From Vicugna vicugna (taxonomy: Eukaryota): 64,000 bases of DNA. How positions within the stretch are numbered: the stretch's first letter is position 1; each line of letters begins with the position of its first letter. The position numbers were made by a program, and so were the translations under genes. The stretch lies in NCBI GenBank assembly GCA_013265495.1, contig MU058531.1:2480911-2544910 (forward strand). Direction: 5' to 3'. Under the pieces are notes generated by a model. The model was given only the letters and a program-made list of their open reading frames with translations. It had not been told where the DNA came from and made no database searches. Shown piece after piece: positions 37,860-50,120 of this stretch.

Positions 37860-38210
37860 TATATTAGGACATGCTCAGTTGTGCTACGGTAACAAAAACG
37901 CCCCAAATCTCACTGGATGGACATAGGCATTTTATTTCTAACTCACACAGAAGTCCGTAGTGGGTCTGTTAGTACAAGATCCAGGCTGTTGGCATTTGTG
38001 ATTCTACCTTCTCAACATAGTGGTCTCCCCTATCACCATGGGAAGGAGGGTCACACAGTTAACTCATATAAATGCTTTAGGCTTGGAATGACACATATAA
38101 CTTGTATTCACAGTCCAGTGGCTAAAACTAGTCATATGACTCTGCCTGTTTGTAAGGGAGCTATGTAGGAGACCATATGGATATTTGATAAGTAGTAAAA
38201 GTCTCTGCCT
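37860..38210. mobile_element. MLT1-type MaLR LTR
   Basis: gctacggtaacaaaaac.ccccaaatctca..gtggctaaaactagtcatatgac. Confidence 0.65.
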
Positions 38211-38706
38211 TGCTAAGTATGAAATGTCTTTTTCTAAGTACTACATTATGAGAGGCAAACAAATCAAGACATTATTTTCATCTTCAAGTAGCTTATGATC
38301 TAGTTGGAAAGAGAAGACAAAAGACATACAACTTGAGAGTTTTCCCTATCAAGAAATGGGACTGGTGTACTCTATCTCATGCCTTCTTTTTAGTTATAGA
38401 TAATGAGTTTGTTCAGACTATATCATCTTGAGAATTATTCCAGACTAGAAAACAAAAACTAAAGTACTGAGAGGATATAAAACAAACAAGTGGAAAGAAG
38501 AGATTGCATATTAATTTTGAGATACAGACTTATTTGGTATTGATTTTTTAGAATTCTGGGTATATAAGCATTTTTTCCCTATTTAGACCTTTAACTGACA
38601 AAAAAATGATTTTGTGATAGCGCTTTTTTTCTAACTGTTGTCCTATAGCACTCTATTGATATGTTTTCTGATTTTAAATTCTCAATTCTCTCTTCTTTCT
38701 TAACAG

Positions 38707-38812
38707 GGACATTTTTGAAGAAGATAATTATAGCCCCATCCCTATTGTTAATGAAGAAGAATATAAAGTAATCATCAGTAAATTTCCCTTTCAAGATTCA
38801 GACCTTGAAAAG
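38707..38812 (+). CDS. EXOC6: EXOC6 exon 14 (106 nt): (R)DIFEEDNYSPIPIVNEEEYKVIISKFPFQDSDLEK
   Basis: acceptor ttaacag|G, donor AAG|gtacag. Confidence 0.96.
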
Positions 38813-38828
38813 GTACAGATTAATTCTT

Positions 38829-38997
38829 TATAGATTTTTTTTTAATTTTTAATTTTATTTATTTATTATTATTTTTTAGGGGGAGAGGTAGTTAAGTTTA
38901 CGTATTTATTTATTTTTAGACGAGGTACTGGGGATTGAACCCAGGACCTTGTGTATGCTAAGCATGCGCTCTTACCACTTGAGCTATACCCTGCTCC
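38829..38997 (-). mobile_element. tRNA-derived SINE (Vic-1-like) immediately after exon 14
   Basis: gtactggggattgaacccaggacc..gagctataccc; TSD cag(a/t)ttaattctt at 38816-38828 and 38998-39010. Confidence 0.92.
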
Positions 38998-39156
38998 CAG
39001 TTTAATTCTTATTTCAATAATTTTCTTAAAAATAAAGTAATCATATTTATTGCTACATAATATTAACCTGGCATTATAAATGAGAATAGCTTCTTTTAAG
39101 GCTTTTGTTATTGTTATTGTGTCACTTGAGGAAATTAATTATGTTTTGTTAACTTT

Positions 39157-39272
39157 AAAAAATTTTTTTTATTTTATTTATTTTTCCCCTTAATGAGGGC
39201 ACTAGAGATTGAACCCAGGACCTTGTACATGCCAAGCATGCACTCTCCCACTGAGCTATACCCGCCACCCTC
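39157..39272 (-). mobile_element. tRNA-derived SINE (Vic-1-like), short form
   Basis: TSD tttgttaacttt at 39145-39156 and 39273-39284. Confidence 0.92.
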
Positions 39273-39914
39273 TTTGTTAACTTTTAAAGATTATATTACT
39301 ACTGCTACTACTACTATTTTGGTGAGGTTAAAAAGGGACTTTCTTGAGGATACTAGAAGCAGTTGTCCCAAATGTTAGGTATATTCCTAAGGCAGGTGTT
39401 ACTAACATTGGGTGGATTCCAAATTAGATATACTAAATGTTGAGTAGATTATAAGAATAGGAGAACATTGTAGGGAAAGAGAGGAGAATTTCTTTGAAAT
39501 TTCTATCACCATAGAAGATCTTACTTTGTGGCTTTTTTCCTAGAAATGTACTTGTATGAAAAGTTTATCTTGGTTAAGTGAGAGGTGTATGAAGGCATAC
39601 AGCTTCAGAATCATCCCTGTCATGAAATATGACTGGTATACTCTTCCTCACATGGCTTTAGAGCCATCTATAGATTTTTTCCAGAAGTAAGAATGTGTAT
39701 TTTTGGAGACAAGATGTCTGAACAAAACACAGGCTAGGAAAAGGAAGAACAGCATTGTGTGGAATAATCTGGGAATATACATGATTGCACATGTGCATGT
39801 ATGCACACAGAAATAGACACACTTGTGCCAATCCAGTGTTTCTGGGCAGAATTAGATCTCATGGGAAAAGGATATTTTATTTCCTGTTACTGTCACCTTT
39901 TTCGTTCTCTTTAC

Positions 39915-40420
39915 TCTTATTTTTTTCTTACTCTTTTTATTCTTTCCTTTTTTTGAGGAGAGGTAATTATATTTGTTGTTATTACTCTAATAATTATTAA
40001 TTTAATGTTTAAATATTTATATTAAATAATTGTTTCTATTAAATAACAATTTGATAATATTTAAATATTAAGTATAATATTAAATATAATATTGTTAACA
40101 TTAAATAATATATTAAATATTAAATTGTTAACATTAAATAATTTAATAGTATTTAAATGTTAATATTAAATATTGATATTAAATAATGTTAATAGTATAT
40201 TAAATAATAATTATTTAATAGTAAATAATAATTGTTAATAAACTTTCTGTATTAATAATAATTACATAATATCTATATTATTATAATGAATAAATAAGCT
40301 CTGTCCATGGCTTATTATGGGCAAGTGACTTACCCTATTTGGGTATTACTGAGGATTGAACCCAGGGCCTCGTGCATGCTAAGCACGTGTTCTGCCACTG
40401 AGCTATACTCTCCCCGCCCT
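39915..40420 (-). mobile_element. tRNA-derived SINE split by a ~370-bp insertion
   Basis: tail part ttttgaggagaggtaatt at about 39951-39968; head tactgaggattgaacccagg..gagctatactc at 40347-40420. Confidence 0.8.
39981..40296. repeat. Extremely AT-rich low-complexity patchwork
   Basis: short direct repeats (attgttaacattaaataat twice) and palindromes (aatatttaaatatt). Confidence 0.9.
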
Positions 40421-40829
40421 TGTTCTTTTTTATTATTTTTCCAACTCTTTGTAATTTAGTCCTTTTCTACATTTTTATCCCTTCATAATGAACAAGTGAA
40501 TTCTGAGTGAGTTGTGTTAATTGTGACTATAAATTTTTATGTTATATTTTTATATACATATATTAAGCATGTTATGTGTAATAGTCACTAAATATAGGAC
40601 AAAGTAATTAAATGCACAGCTTTTAAATTATAGCTAACGCTGCCATTGCGTATTACCTAATTGTATCTAATATACACAAAACATCAGAATAAGTATTTTA
40701 ATTCTCTATTTTTGAAACCCCAAAGTTTCCCTGTCAAGAAATATTATCAGAATATTCTTTCTCTCATGTCCTGGTTTTGTTTTGTTTTGGTTACTAGGTA
40801 ATAAGTTTGTTCAGGAAATAGCATCTGTA

Positions 40830-40975
40830 TAAAGAGCACTGGATTTGATCTGGATTCACATGTCAGCTCTGTCTGTGGCTTATTATGGGCAAGTGACTTA
40901 CTGTATTTGGGCATTTGTGCCTCATCTGTCAAATGAGTAGGCTGAACTAAAAAGTCTCTATTGTCCCTTCTAATT
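40830..40975 (+). mobile_element. MIR (MIRc/MIR3-like)
   Basis: aaagagcactgg..tgggcaagtgactta..cctcatctgtcaaatgag..gtcccttc. Confidence 0.8.
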
Positions 40976-41729
40976 CCACTAAACTATTCTCGTTGGGTTT
41001 ATAGTTAAAAGGATACTTGACTTTGCTTATAGAGTGCTTCCAAAATATACAGTATCTCTTAGTATTAAGCTTGTTATGAGTTGTATTCATTGGTTCATAT
41101 ATTACTCATCATTTAAAAGAACTATCATTAAGGCAAAAGCCAAATAGAAATTTTAAATGTGATAACTTAGAAATCCCATAAATTATTTGGTAATAATCTC
41201 TTGGTTGTCTGTGTATATATTTAACTTTTTCCTAATTTAAGTATAATTTTCAATTAAAACAACTAGAAAAGATATAAAACTGTCTCTCAAATAACTTGAG
41301 TTATTATTTTCAGTGCAAATTATGAGTAAGAAAGGAGTAAGACAACATATACACAAAAAAATCTGTTCTTTTGTAGATAGCTGAGCTAATTTAACTAGAA
41401 CCCTTTGGCTAAAATAAGAACATGTTCATATTGTTTTTACTGTCATTAAAATAAATTCTTAAAGCTAACATATCTTTCAAGTAGTTAATATTGGGTTCAT
41501 TATTCTGCAGACCATAAATTGGAGGTGAGTTATCTCTTAACATTATTATAAGGTGATTTTAAAGAATAGCAACTCTTTAGTTGCTTTTTGTAGTACCCCT
41601 AATTCAATTTCTAAATTTGGAAAGGTTGAAGCCAACCAGTTTTGGAGAGAGATTTCTCTCTGCAACTGTTTTCACTGCCAGCTAGTTGTAAGTTTACTTT
41701 TGCTCGAGGTACCTAAGAATACCTTTGTT

Positions 41730-42880
41730 GATTCAGATATTTATCATTCACCTGCTATAGAGTAGACATTGTGCTGTGTGCTAGTTTTTTAGTCTCTCTG
41801 TCAAGTGAGTTATATTCGACTGAGGGGTAGATAAAATAAATAGGAAGTTGCAATTCACATAAGTTGGCCCTTCTCAAAATAGAGGAAGCAGCAGGCAGAA
41901 AGGCTATAATTCTGTAATATAAAGTGCAAGGTTGATAAAGTATGAAAGATGAAGATCAAAAAATGAAGATGAAATACAAAGGGCTAGACTATAATAGGCC
42001 TTGTAGACAATGATAGGGAGTTTAGCCTTTATCCTGAGGGCTATGATACATCACCACTGGGTTTTAAGCAGTAAAAACATAATCAAATTTGTGCTTTAGA
42101 GAGATCCCTCTGGCTAATGTGTAAAGAAAATAGATTGGATAAGAGTAAGGCTGAGAGACCAGCTAGGGGTTGTTGCGATTATCTTGGTAAGAGAGATTGG
42201 TGACCTGAATGGGCGTTATGGCCATGGAATTTGAGATATTTAGGAGAAAGGAATGACAGGAGTTGATTATTATTTGCATATGAGGGATGATAAAGATGGA
42301 GGGGCAAGTATGATAGCCAAGTTTCTGTCTTAGAGGTGATGGCATTCACTAAGATAGGAAGAGGAGCAAATTTAGAAGGAAGGAAGGGATGATAATTTCA
42401 ATTTTGGTTCTATTGAGAATGTCTCACATGTTACAGCCAAATGATGTGTTCAAATGGTAGTTAGATATACAGATTTGGACTTCAGGAGAAAGATCTGGCC
42501 TAGACTTGTAAATTTGGGAGATACTGGCACTTGCATGGTGATTGAAGTCCTGAGAGTAGGTGAGTTTCCCAGGACAGTATGTGAGACAAGAAAAGAAGGT
42601 GTAGGATGGAACCCTAAGGAGTAGCAGTAATTAAGGGATGGCTAGAAGAAGAGATAGACAGAAGGTAGAGAAATAAGAGGAAATCCAGTGTGGGTCATGG
42701 ATACCAAGGAAGGAGAGAGTTCATTTAAGAAGCAGTAGGGTCCTACTCTGCCAGGATTTTCAGATAAGTCAGGTAACGTGAAAAGTTCATTGGATTTAAC
42801 ACCTGTGAGGTCATAGGTAATCCTGGTGAGAGTACTTTCAATGATGTAACTAAATTGCAAAGACTGTAAAGTTAGAAGTA
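41730..42880. mobile_element. L2 LINE fragments
   Basis: gagtttagcctttatcctgagggc..agatccctctggct..aaagatctggcctagac. Confidence 0.75.
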
Positions 42881-43532
42881 TAGATTAGACTTCATAGGGT
42901 GTAAATAAGGGGCTTTTGGTAAAAATCTTGGAGAGAGTTTACCTTTTGGAGACTGAGAATTTGCTAATGAATGTTGGCTGTTAAAACGTTTTAACGAAGA
43001 GGCACACTGTAAACCATTAGTTGCATACTAGTGTTTGCTGGTATACTGGTTAGAAAGCTGCAGTAAGGTATTCTAGGAGTATTCTGTGGAATGAGATGGA
43101 TACCTTCTTGAATTGGTATCAATTCAAGTGAGTAAAGGGAGTCTTAGACTTATTTGATGACACTGAGCCATGAAGCTGGACTGTAACTTTCATGGACAAG
43201 CTGATTCTTATTATTATGACTGCAAAGAAGAGACAATTAAGTGAGATACATATTGTCAGAACACACAGAGAGATACTGGTTTCTTTGCTTGTTAGAAGTC
43301 TGATCGTATGATTTAAGAAACGGGTAAATTGCCACATTATTTTCTTCAGAAATATTTTTGTTCCCTTTAAAATCTCAAAAGTAATGTAGAAATACAACAG
43401 TAGACTTTGAGATGCAAGTTTTAACTATTAATTCAACTGTGAAATCAATTTAGTTTTTACATTTTAGATGATTAGAATATCTTTTCCTAAAATTTCAAAA
43501 GCAGTATCAACTTTGTTTCTTTTTTTCAACAG

Positions 43533-43642
43533 CAATCTTTCCCAAAGAAATTACCCATGTCTCAGTCAGTGCCTCATATTTACATACAAGTTAAAGAATT
43601 TATTTATGCCAGCCTTAAATTTTCAGAGTCCCTACACCGGAG
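43533..43642 (+). CDS. EXOC6: EXOC6 exon 15 (110 nt): QSFPKKLPMSQSVPHIYIQVKEFIYASLKFSESLHR(S)
   Basis: acceptor ttcaacag|CAA, donor GAG|gtaagt. Confidence 0.97.
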
Positions 43643-43799
43643 GTAAGTTTACTAATAAGAAATGTATCTTTATCATAGCTATTTTTGTGAAACAAACACT
43701 TGATTTTCAGGCCATGGCTCTTTAGTGGACTATTTCATTGGAAGGCTTACATATTTTAGTGATATTTGGGGTTAAGTTGCCATAAATCTGATATTATAT

Positions 43800-44200
43800 A
43801 TTTTTAAACTTTTTATTATGTAAATCTTCAAATATACATAAAAGTGGAGATAATAGGGTAAGAAATTCATATGTTCTCAGAATCTAGATTTAACCATAAT
43901 AAACATTTTCTGTACTTTATTTGCTGAAATATTTTAAATCAAATTACAGAAATAATAGCATTTTTTCCCTAACTACTTCTGTATGTGTTTCTAAAAACGG
44001 TAAGAACATTTCATCATTTACCACACTTAACAAAGTTAACACATTCCATAGTATCAGTTCTCTAGCCCATATCAATATTTCCTTGATTGTCCTAAAAATG
44101 TTCTTTTATAGTTGGTATATTTGTATCAGGATCTGAGTAAAGTTCACACCTTGCATTTGTTGTTAAATCTGTTTTACCAGTATCCCTTCTCTTTTTTTCT
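43800..44200 (-). mobile_element. L1MC-like 3' end fragment
   Basis: ttttattatgtaaatcttcaaatatacataaaagtggaga..tttgctgaaatattttaaa. Confidence 0.6.
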
Positions 44201-45301
44201 TCTGTTATTTAGATCTCATTTATTTATTCTAGTTTTTTTCTATTGCTCAAGTTACCAGTGGCTAAATAATATTCCTTCTTTATCTATGTCATTATCTTCT
44301 CAAAAATAGTTTTAATAGTGTTTTTTCTCAAATAGACTTAAAGTGAGGATTCAGACAAAATCAGTAACAATTAATAAAGAATGCTGTAGCAAATTTAGTA
44401 TCATACTCAGTAGTGGAGAGCAGCAATCAGGTTCCTATAGCCAACCTAATTATACAGGCAAGAGAATTTATCTGGTGTGATGAAAGTAATACCCAACATT
44501 TATGGAGATAGGAAGTGTGGTATTATCCCTGCTTTACAGATAAGGAGACAGAGACACAGAGAGACTATATCATTTATCGAGAATAACCCAGCTAATTAGT
44601 TTGAGAGCTGTCATAAAGGAGCTGTTATTCTGACTCTGATGTCAGTGAAAGTATCTGGCATATCAGGAATGATAAGTTAACGTTAGATGAACATTAATCT
44701 TTAAGCCACACCTTGTTCTGGCTACCTTGGTGGGCCCTGCATTATAGCCATATGGTGTATTTGTAATTGGGAATACTCTCTGGAGAAGAGAATGATGATG
44801 TTGGCTTTCATGTCTCCCTCTCTAAAATTCATTCTTCTGAATTTGTATACTAAATAGGAGGAATTATCCTTCAGTATGAATCTCTTCTGAATTTTTAAGT
44901 CATAAAAATACATGAAGGCAGTTCAGATATAAGTTATTTATTTTTCAAGCTAAACAGTGACCAATGACAGTTATTTTTATTTTATTGTATCCGTATCTTT
45001 TATTGTAAGCTACCACTATTTTGGATTTAAACAATGTATAAATAAACAGAAAGAAATGTGTGTTCTGCCAGGGTAAAAGAGTTACCTGATTTTAGGTCTT
45101 ACACTGCTTTTTTTGTGAATTGAGATTCTTTAAAAGATTTCCTGTACTTCAATTAAAATAAATAAATAGATAAATAAATATTTTAAATGTGAAAAAAAAT
45201 TTCCTAATTTTTGTTCTGAATATGAGTTAAGAGCAAAGGGAAAGAAAGGAAGACAAATACCTAATACATAGCATCAGCCGTACTGTGTGTTTCTCACGAG
45301 C

Positions 45302-45468
45302 CAGTGATTCCCAAAGTGTGGTACTCAGACCAGCCGCATTAGCATCACATAGGAAATTGCTAGAAATCCAACCTCTGATCTACTGAATTAAAAACTCTGA
45401 ACGTGGAAGCTTTGGCTTTACCAAGTTCTCTGCGTGATTCTGATACACTCTAAGTTTAAGGACTACTA
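45302..45468. mobile_element. MER5A-like hAT-Charlie MITE
   Basis: cagtgattcccaaagtgtggt..agcatcac..gtgattctgat..aagtttaaggactact. Confidence 0.8.
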
Positions 45469-45804
45469 CCTTAAGCTTCATCATACTCTACCAGCCTCTT
45501 ATACCTAAGTTTCTAAAGATATATTTTAAAGACGTTAACTTTTAACCTCAATCGAATGACTTACTAGAGGTAGTGTATTCTGAATTACACAACACGAAAC
45601 ACATAGTATCATTCAGCATTTGAAAAACAGTAGATACAAATGAATATTTAATTGAAAAGGAATGACAAACTCTTGCAGCAGTAGTTTCATTAGTGGAGCT
45701 CTACTCCTCTGTAGAGCTCCACTCTCCATTGGTCTGAGAGCCACCAATACTTTATGCCTATCTTTTTTTTTTTTCACTGAACATTCTAAGGTTTCAATCT
45801 AAAA

Positions 45805-46035
45805 CAGAGGCAGTATAATGCAGTAGTTAAGAGCATAAGCTTCAGACTTAGACCTTAGTTTGAGTCTTGATGCTGCACTTAACTAGCAGGATGTTGGACA
45901 AGTCTCTTAATCTGTTTAAATTGCAGTTTCTTCATCTGTAAAATGAGAGAAATAATTCATAGGGTGGTTGTAAGAATTAAATGAGGCAATGTGTGTGTAT
46001 AAAGCACTGAAGGTAGCCTGGCACACGGTAGGCAC
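45805..46035 (+). mobile_element. MIR SINE
   Basis: agaggcagtataatgcagtagttaagagc..cagtttcttcatctgtaaaatgag..cctggcacac. Confidence 0.85.
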
Positions 46036-46186
46036 GTGAGACATAGGAAAGGATGGGGTACTATAGTATAAGATGTGAGACTGTAGCTTGGAATGCTTAT
46101 GTTTTATTTGCAGACATTGGGGAACTACTGAAGAATTTTTGACTAAGGACCAGCATGACTAGAGTTATATTTTAGGAAGTTTACTC

Positions 46187-46330
46187 GAGGGGAGGGAGGG
46201 TATAGCTCAGTGGTAGAGTGCATGCTTGGCACTGAGTTCAGTCCTCAGTACCTCCATTAAACAAACAAACAAACAAACAAACCTAATTACTCCCTCCAGC
46301 CCTGCCAGAACAAAAATAAACAACAAAAAA
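46187..46330 (+). mobile_element. tRNA-derived SINE (Vic-1-like) with small internal deletion, nested in L2
   Basis: gggtatagctcagtggtagagtg, (aaac)n; TSD ag(g/a)aagtttactc at 46174-46186 and 46331-46343. Confidence 0.9.
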
Positions 46331-48624
46331 AGAAAGTTTACTCTGGCGTCAATTTGGGTGATAGATTGGAGGGGGATAAAAAAAATGGTCATGTACAGTT
46401 GGTGAAGGCAGTGGTTCAAGACAGAGAAGAAGAAAGACTTGAAGTAATCAGGATCGGTAGTGATGAAGAGGAAGGAACATATACCAGAAGTGTTTCAGAG
46501 CCTGAAATTAGAGTACTTGTGAATAATTAGATGAATCGATTAAGGGATAGGGGAAAATTTGACTTACACTTGGGTGAACTTGAATTTGTTTATATATTCT
46601 CAAATAGATTCTGGTTATAGTTTGTCATCTCTGAAAACAACAATGCATACATTCATCTTTTACTTTGAGGTAAACATATGCAAGTGAAAGGAAGGAAAAA
46701 GAAGTCTCTCCTTAACATTCATCCTACAACTTGGCTCAAATGTTATATCTTAGAATTATTCTTGAAGCTGCAATCCTGAATCTTTAATACTAGTCCCGTT
46801 CATCTTTGCCTTTAAATGTAGATTATTTTAACATTTTCTAAGTTGGTAGCATGTGTAATATGTATGACCCTAACAAGTGCTTTTTATTATCTAAATGTTG
46901 ATTCTTGAAAAAACTAGGATTGTTATTTAATTTAGGTATTGTTAAACTGTAGAAAGTATAGAAAATTAGCAGTTTGGAATTAACTTTTATTTTGTTTTAT
47001 TTACAGAGGAGAGGCAGTGGATCTCTAATTGTTACTCAATTTTTTACAGCATTTGTAACACCAAAGATAAAAGCCATTAGTCATAGTATTATGTGTAATT
47101 TTCCCTAAAGCTTCCCTAATCTGACTAGAACTAGAATTGCCACTTCAGTTCTCACGCTTTTTGTGTATGAACTCCTAGCATTCTAAAAAGTAAATGTTGC
47201 ATACTAATGCTACAATAGAAAAGATTGTCTGTTTTTCTCTCTCTCTTTGATAAAAGCATTTATCATTTTTATTAGTTCAATATCCAGTGCAGTAATTAAC
47301 TCTCTATGATTATATGTTATTCATTTTTATGCTTTCATTTTTAAAAAATTAGCTTTATTAAATACATTTACTATTTTTGTTTTGTTAATGAAAGTAATAA
47401 ATAGTTCAGAATACAGAAACAGCATAATTAGTTTAAAAATAACTAAATCTAAATTTCTTCTAGATTATCAGTTTTCCTTTTTTAATAGATTATTAGCTTT
47501 CTGACATATATTTTTATTTAAAGAATTTTTATCTGTGGCCTAAAATTGAGCTGAGGTTCTTTGTTTTTTTATCTGTCATGAAGAGTTATAGAAAAGTAAC
47601 TTTCTGTATTTAAATCTCTTTTATTATGGTTAAACATAGATTGCAGTTAGATTTTTAGAACCAGAAGATTCTTTAGAGTTCTTATAGTAAAAATGTTTGG
47701 GTTTCTTTTTATATGTGAATAAAAGCAGAGCCAGAGAATGAAGTGACTTCATGAAGAGACTCCAAAGTCTCAATTACTTGGTTGCAGAGAAACCATCTGG
47801 ATCTAACATGATCTTTAAGAAATTTTCAGTTTTCATAAGAGGTTAAGCTGTAAACTGATTTAGGAGATTTATTGTATATTAAGATTTAATTACTATGAAG
47901 TGTTAGTTAAAAATTAGAAAGAGTAGTAGTTACAGGCTCAAAGGACAAGAATTTAAGAAAAAATAATTACTCAGGATAAAAACCTCGTGGGTGAGATCCT
48001 GGTCATTGTTGGGCAAACTTCCTGGCACGAATAGGACATAGGTGCTGATAGGTTTTCTTTCTCTGCTTTACTTATGGAAGAAAAAGACGCATTGACTCAG
48101 CATTCAAGGAAGTTGAGGGGAATTAAATAAAAGACATTATCTGTCATGGATAACTTTTCATCTGAAAAGGATGCTATACAGGGTGTCTTTAAGCATAATT
48201 TGGGTGTGTCAGAAAAGAAACCAGAGGAGTTGGCAACCGCCTCCTTTTTATCAGTGTGAGTACATTGCTTGTTCTAGGGACGCTATTGATAGATTAGAGT
48301 TTTCTGTTGCTGCTGCATAACCCTGAATTCCTAGTGGTGTTATACACATTCCCTGGAAAGTCTTGATTTTAGATATGAAGAATTAGAGAGAAATATTCTC
48401 AGGTCTACCAGAATTAGAGTTAACAGAAATTGAAGAGTACCTGCATTAAAATTTAGGAGAACGTTAGAGTAGTAGTGAGAATTAACCTATTTTATCAGAT
48501 CTTACTCTATTGGTATTTATTTAAAACTAGTAAATATTTGTAATTCATAGATTTTTAAGAGTAATGTTTTAATAAAATAAAAAGTAAAAGAGTGTTAAAT
48601 TAGAATTTTAGATTGTGTTTAAGG

Positions 48625-48820
48625 CAGTGGTTCTCAACTGGGGCAGTTTTGTCCCCCAGGGTATATTTGACATTGTCTAAAGACATTCTGAGTTGTTACA
48701 ACCAGGGAGAGGAGTGGAGACCAGGAATGCTGCTAAACATCCTTCAGTGGTACGAGACAGCCCTGCAACAAAGAATTGTCTGGCCTAAAATGTCAATCAT
48801 GCTGGGACTGAGAGAACTTT
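48625..48820. mobile_element. MER20 hAT-Charlie element
   Basis: cagtggttctcaactggggc..ttttgtcccccaggg..atgctgctaaacatcct; 8-bp TSD gt(t/c)taagg at 48617-48624 and 48821-48828. Confidence 0.9.
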
Positions 48821-49464
48821 GTCTAAGGACGGCTAAACTGTTTTGGCAATGAAGCTATATACAAGAAATCATTATTTACTTAAATTTAAGGCCTAGTGGT
48901 TAGGAGAAAATAACAAACTTTTTAGTTCTAGTCTAGCAATCTTTAGAATGTTAAGAAACATCAGAGTTAGTTCCTCCTTCTCCCAAATTGAAACTAGTGT
49001 AAGGCAATTTTTTTTTACCCTTTTTACTAAATCTCAGTGGAAGTGAATAGCTTAGTTATAATAAAATTAAACGTAGTAAATAAATAGAGAGCTCACATCA
49101 GTTTGCATTTTTAAAGTAATTTTAGCTATAGTTGTATACAAAGTGTCTTTGAAAGTGGCTATCCCATTAATGGAGTCATAATTTAAGAATGGTTATATTT
49201 CAAGTATCCCATGGTTTTACTGTAATGGTTAATTGAATACATTTGAATTATTCTATAAATGAACATTCTACTTTATGGAAAGTATCCCTTTTGTGAAACT
49301 AAATTGAATAGAAATGTGTGATTTATAAATATGAATAATTATAATGTATTTAACTATTTAAAGGGGTTAGAGTAAATTACTTCAGTAGATTGTGTTAAAT
49401 TATTTAGGAAGCTAACTAACTGTACTCTTGTGGAAAGCGTAATAATATCAACCTTTGTTTTTAG

Positions 49465-49576
49465 CTCAACAGAAATAGATGATATGCTTAGAAAATCTAC
49501 AAATCTGCTGCTGACCAGAACTTTGAGTAGCTGTTTACTCAGTCTTATTAGAAAACCTCATATAGGTTTGACAGAG
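49465..49576 (+). CDS. EXOC6: EXOC6 exon 16 (112 nt): (S)STEIDDMLRKSTNLLLTRTLSSCLLSLIRKPHIGLTE
   Basis: acceptor gtttttag|C, donor GAG|gtaggt. Confidence 0.97.
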
Positions 49577-50120
49577 GTAGGTTAAAAAGATATTTACAGC
49601 TAAATGTTTCATTATATGAAACAATTGTTATAAATTAAGTTATTGCTGAACATCATCCTATAAAACTAGCTTTCTGTTTTAAATTTATTAATAGAAGTGG
49701 ATGTTTTAAAATAAAAGCATCAGTGTAAATTCAAGCAGTGTGAGGGACAAGGGTTTACATGGGGAGTAGTAGATAATTGAAGATGTTAGAACATACATGC
49801 ATATTTATGTTTGCCAGACTTTACTTGAAAAGTGAAAATAAGTACTTTTTTAACTTGGTGAATGTATAAGATTCGAAAAAGTCCTTGGAAAAGTTATTTT
49901 AAATTAATTGGTAGTTAGACTTGGTTATTTTTTTTTTACTAATAGAATTCATAAGTAGTATTTATAGCAGTCTTTTGAAATCAGATGATCAGTGATATCC
50001 TATTGCTATAATTATGCAGAAATGGTACAGTTGCTGAAAGTAATAATGCTATTTTTAAAAATCAGATAAGTTTGTATAAATATAATGTGCATTTTACTGG
50101 AGGTGTTTTCTGTTTTCTAG

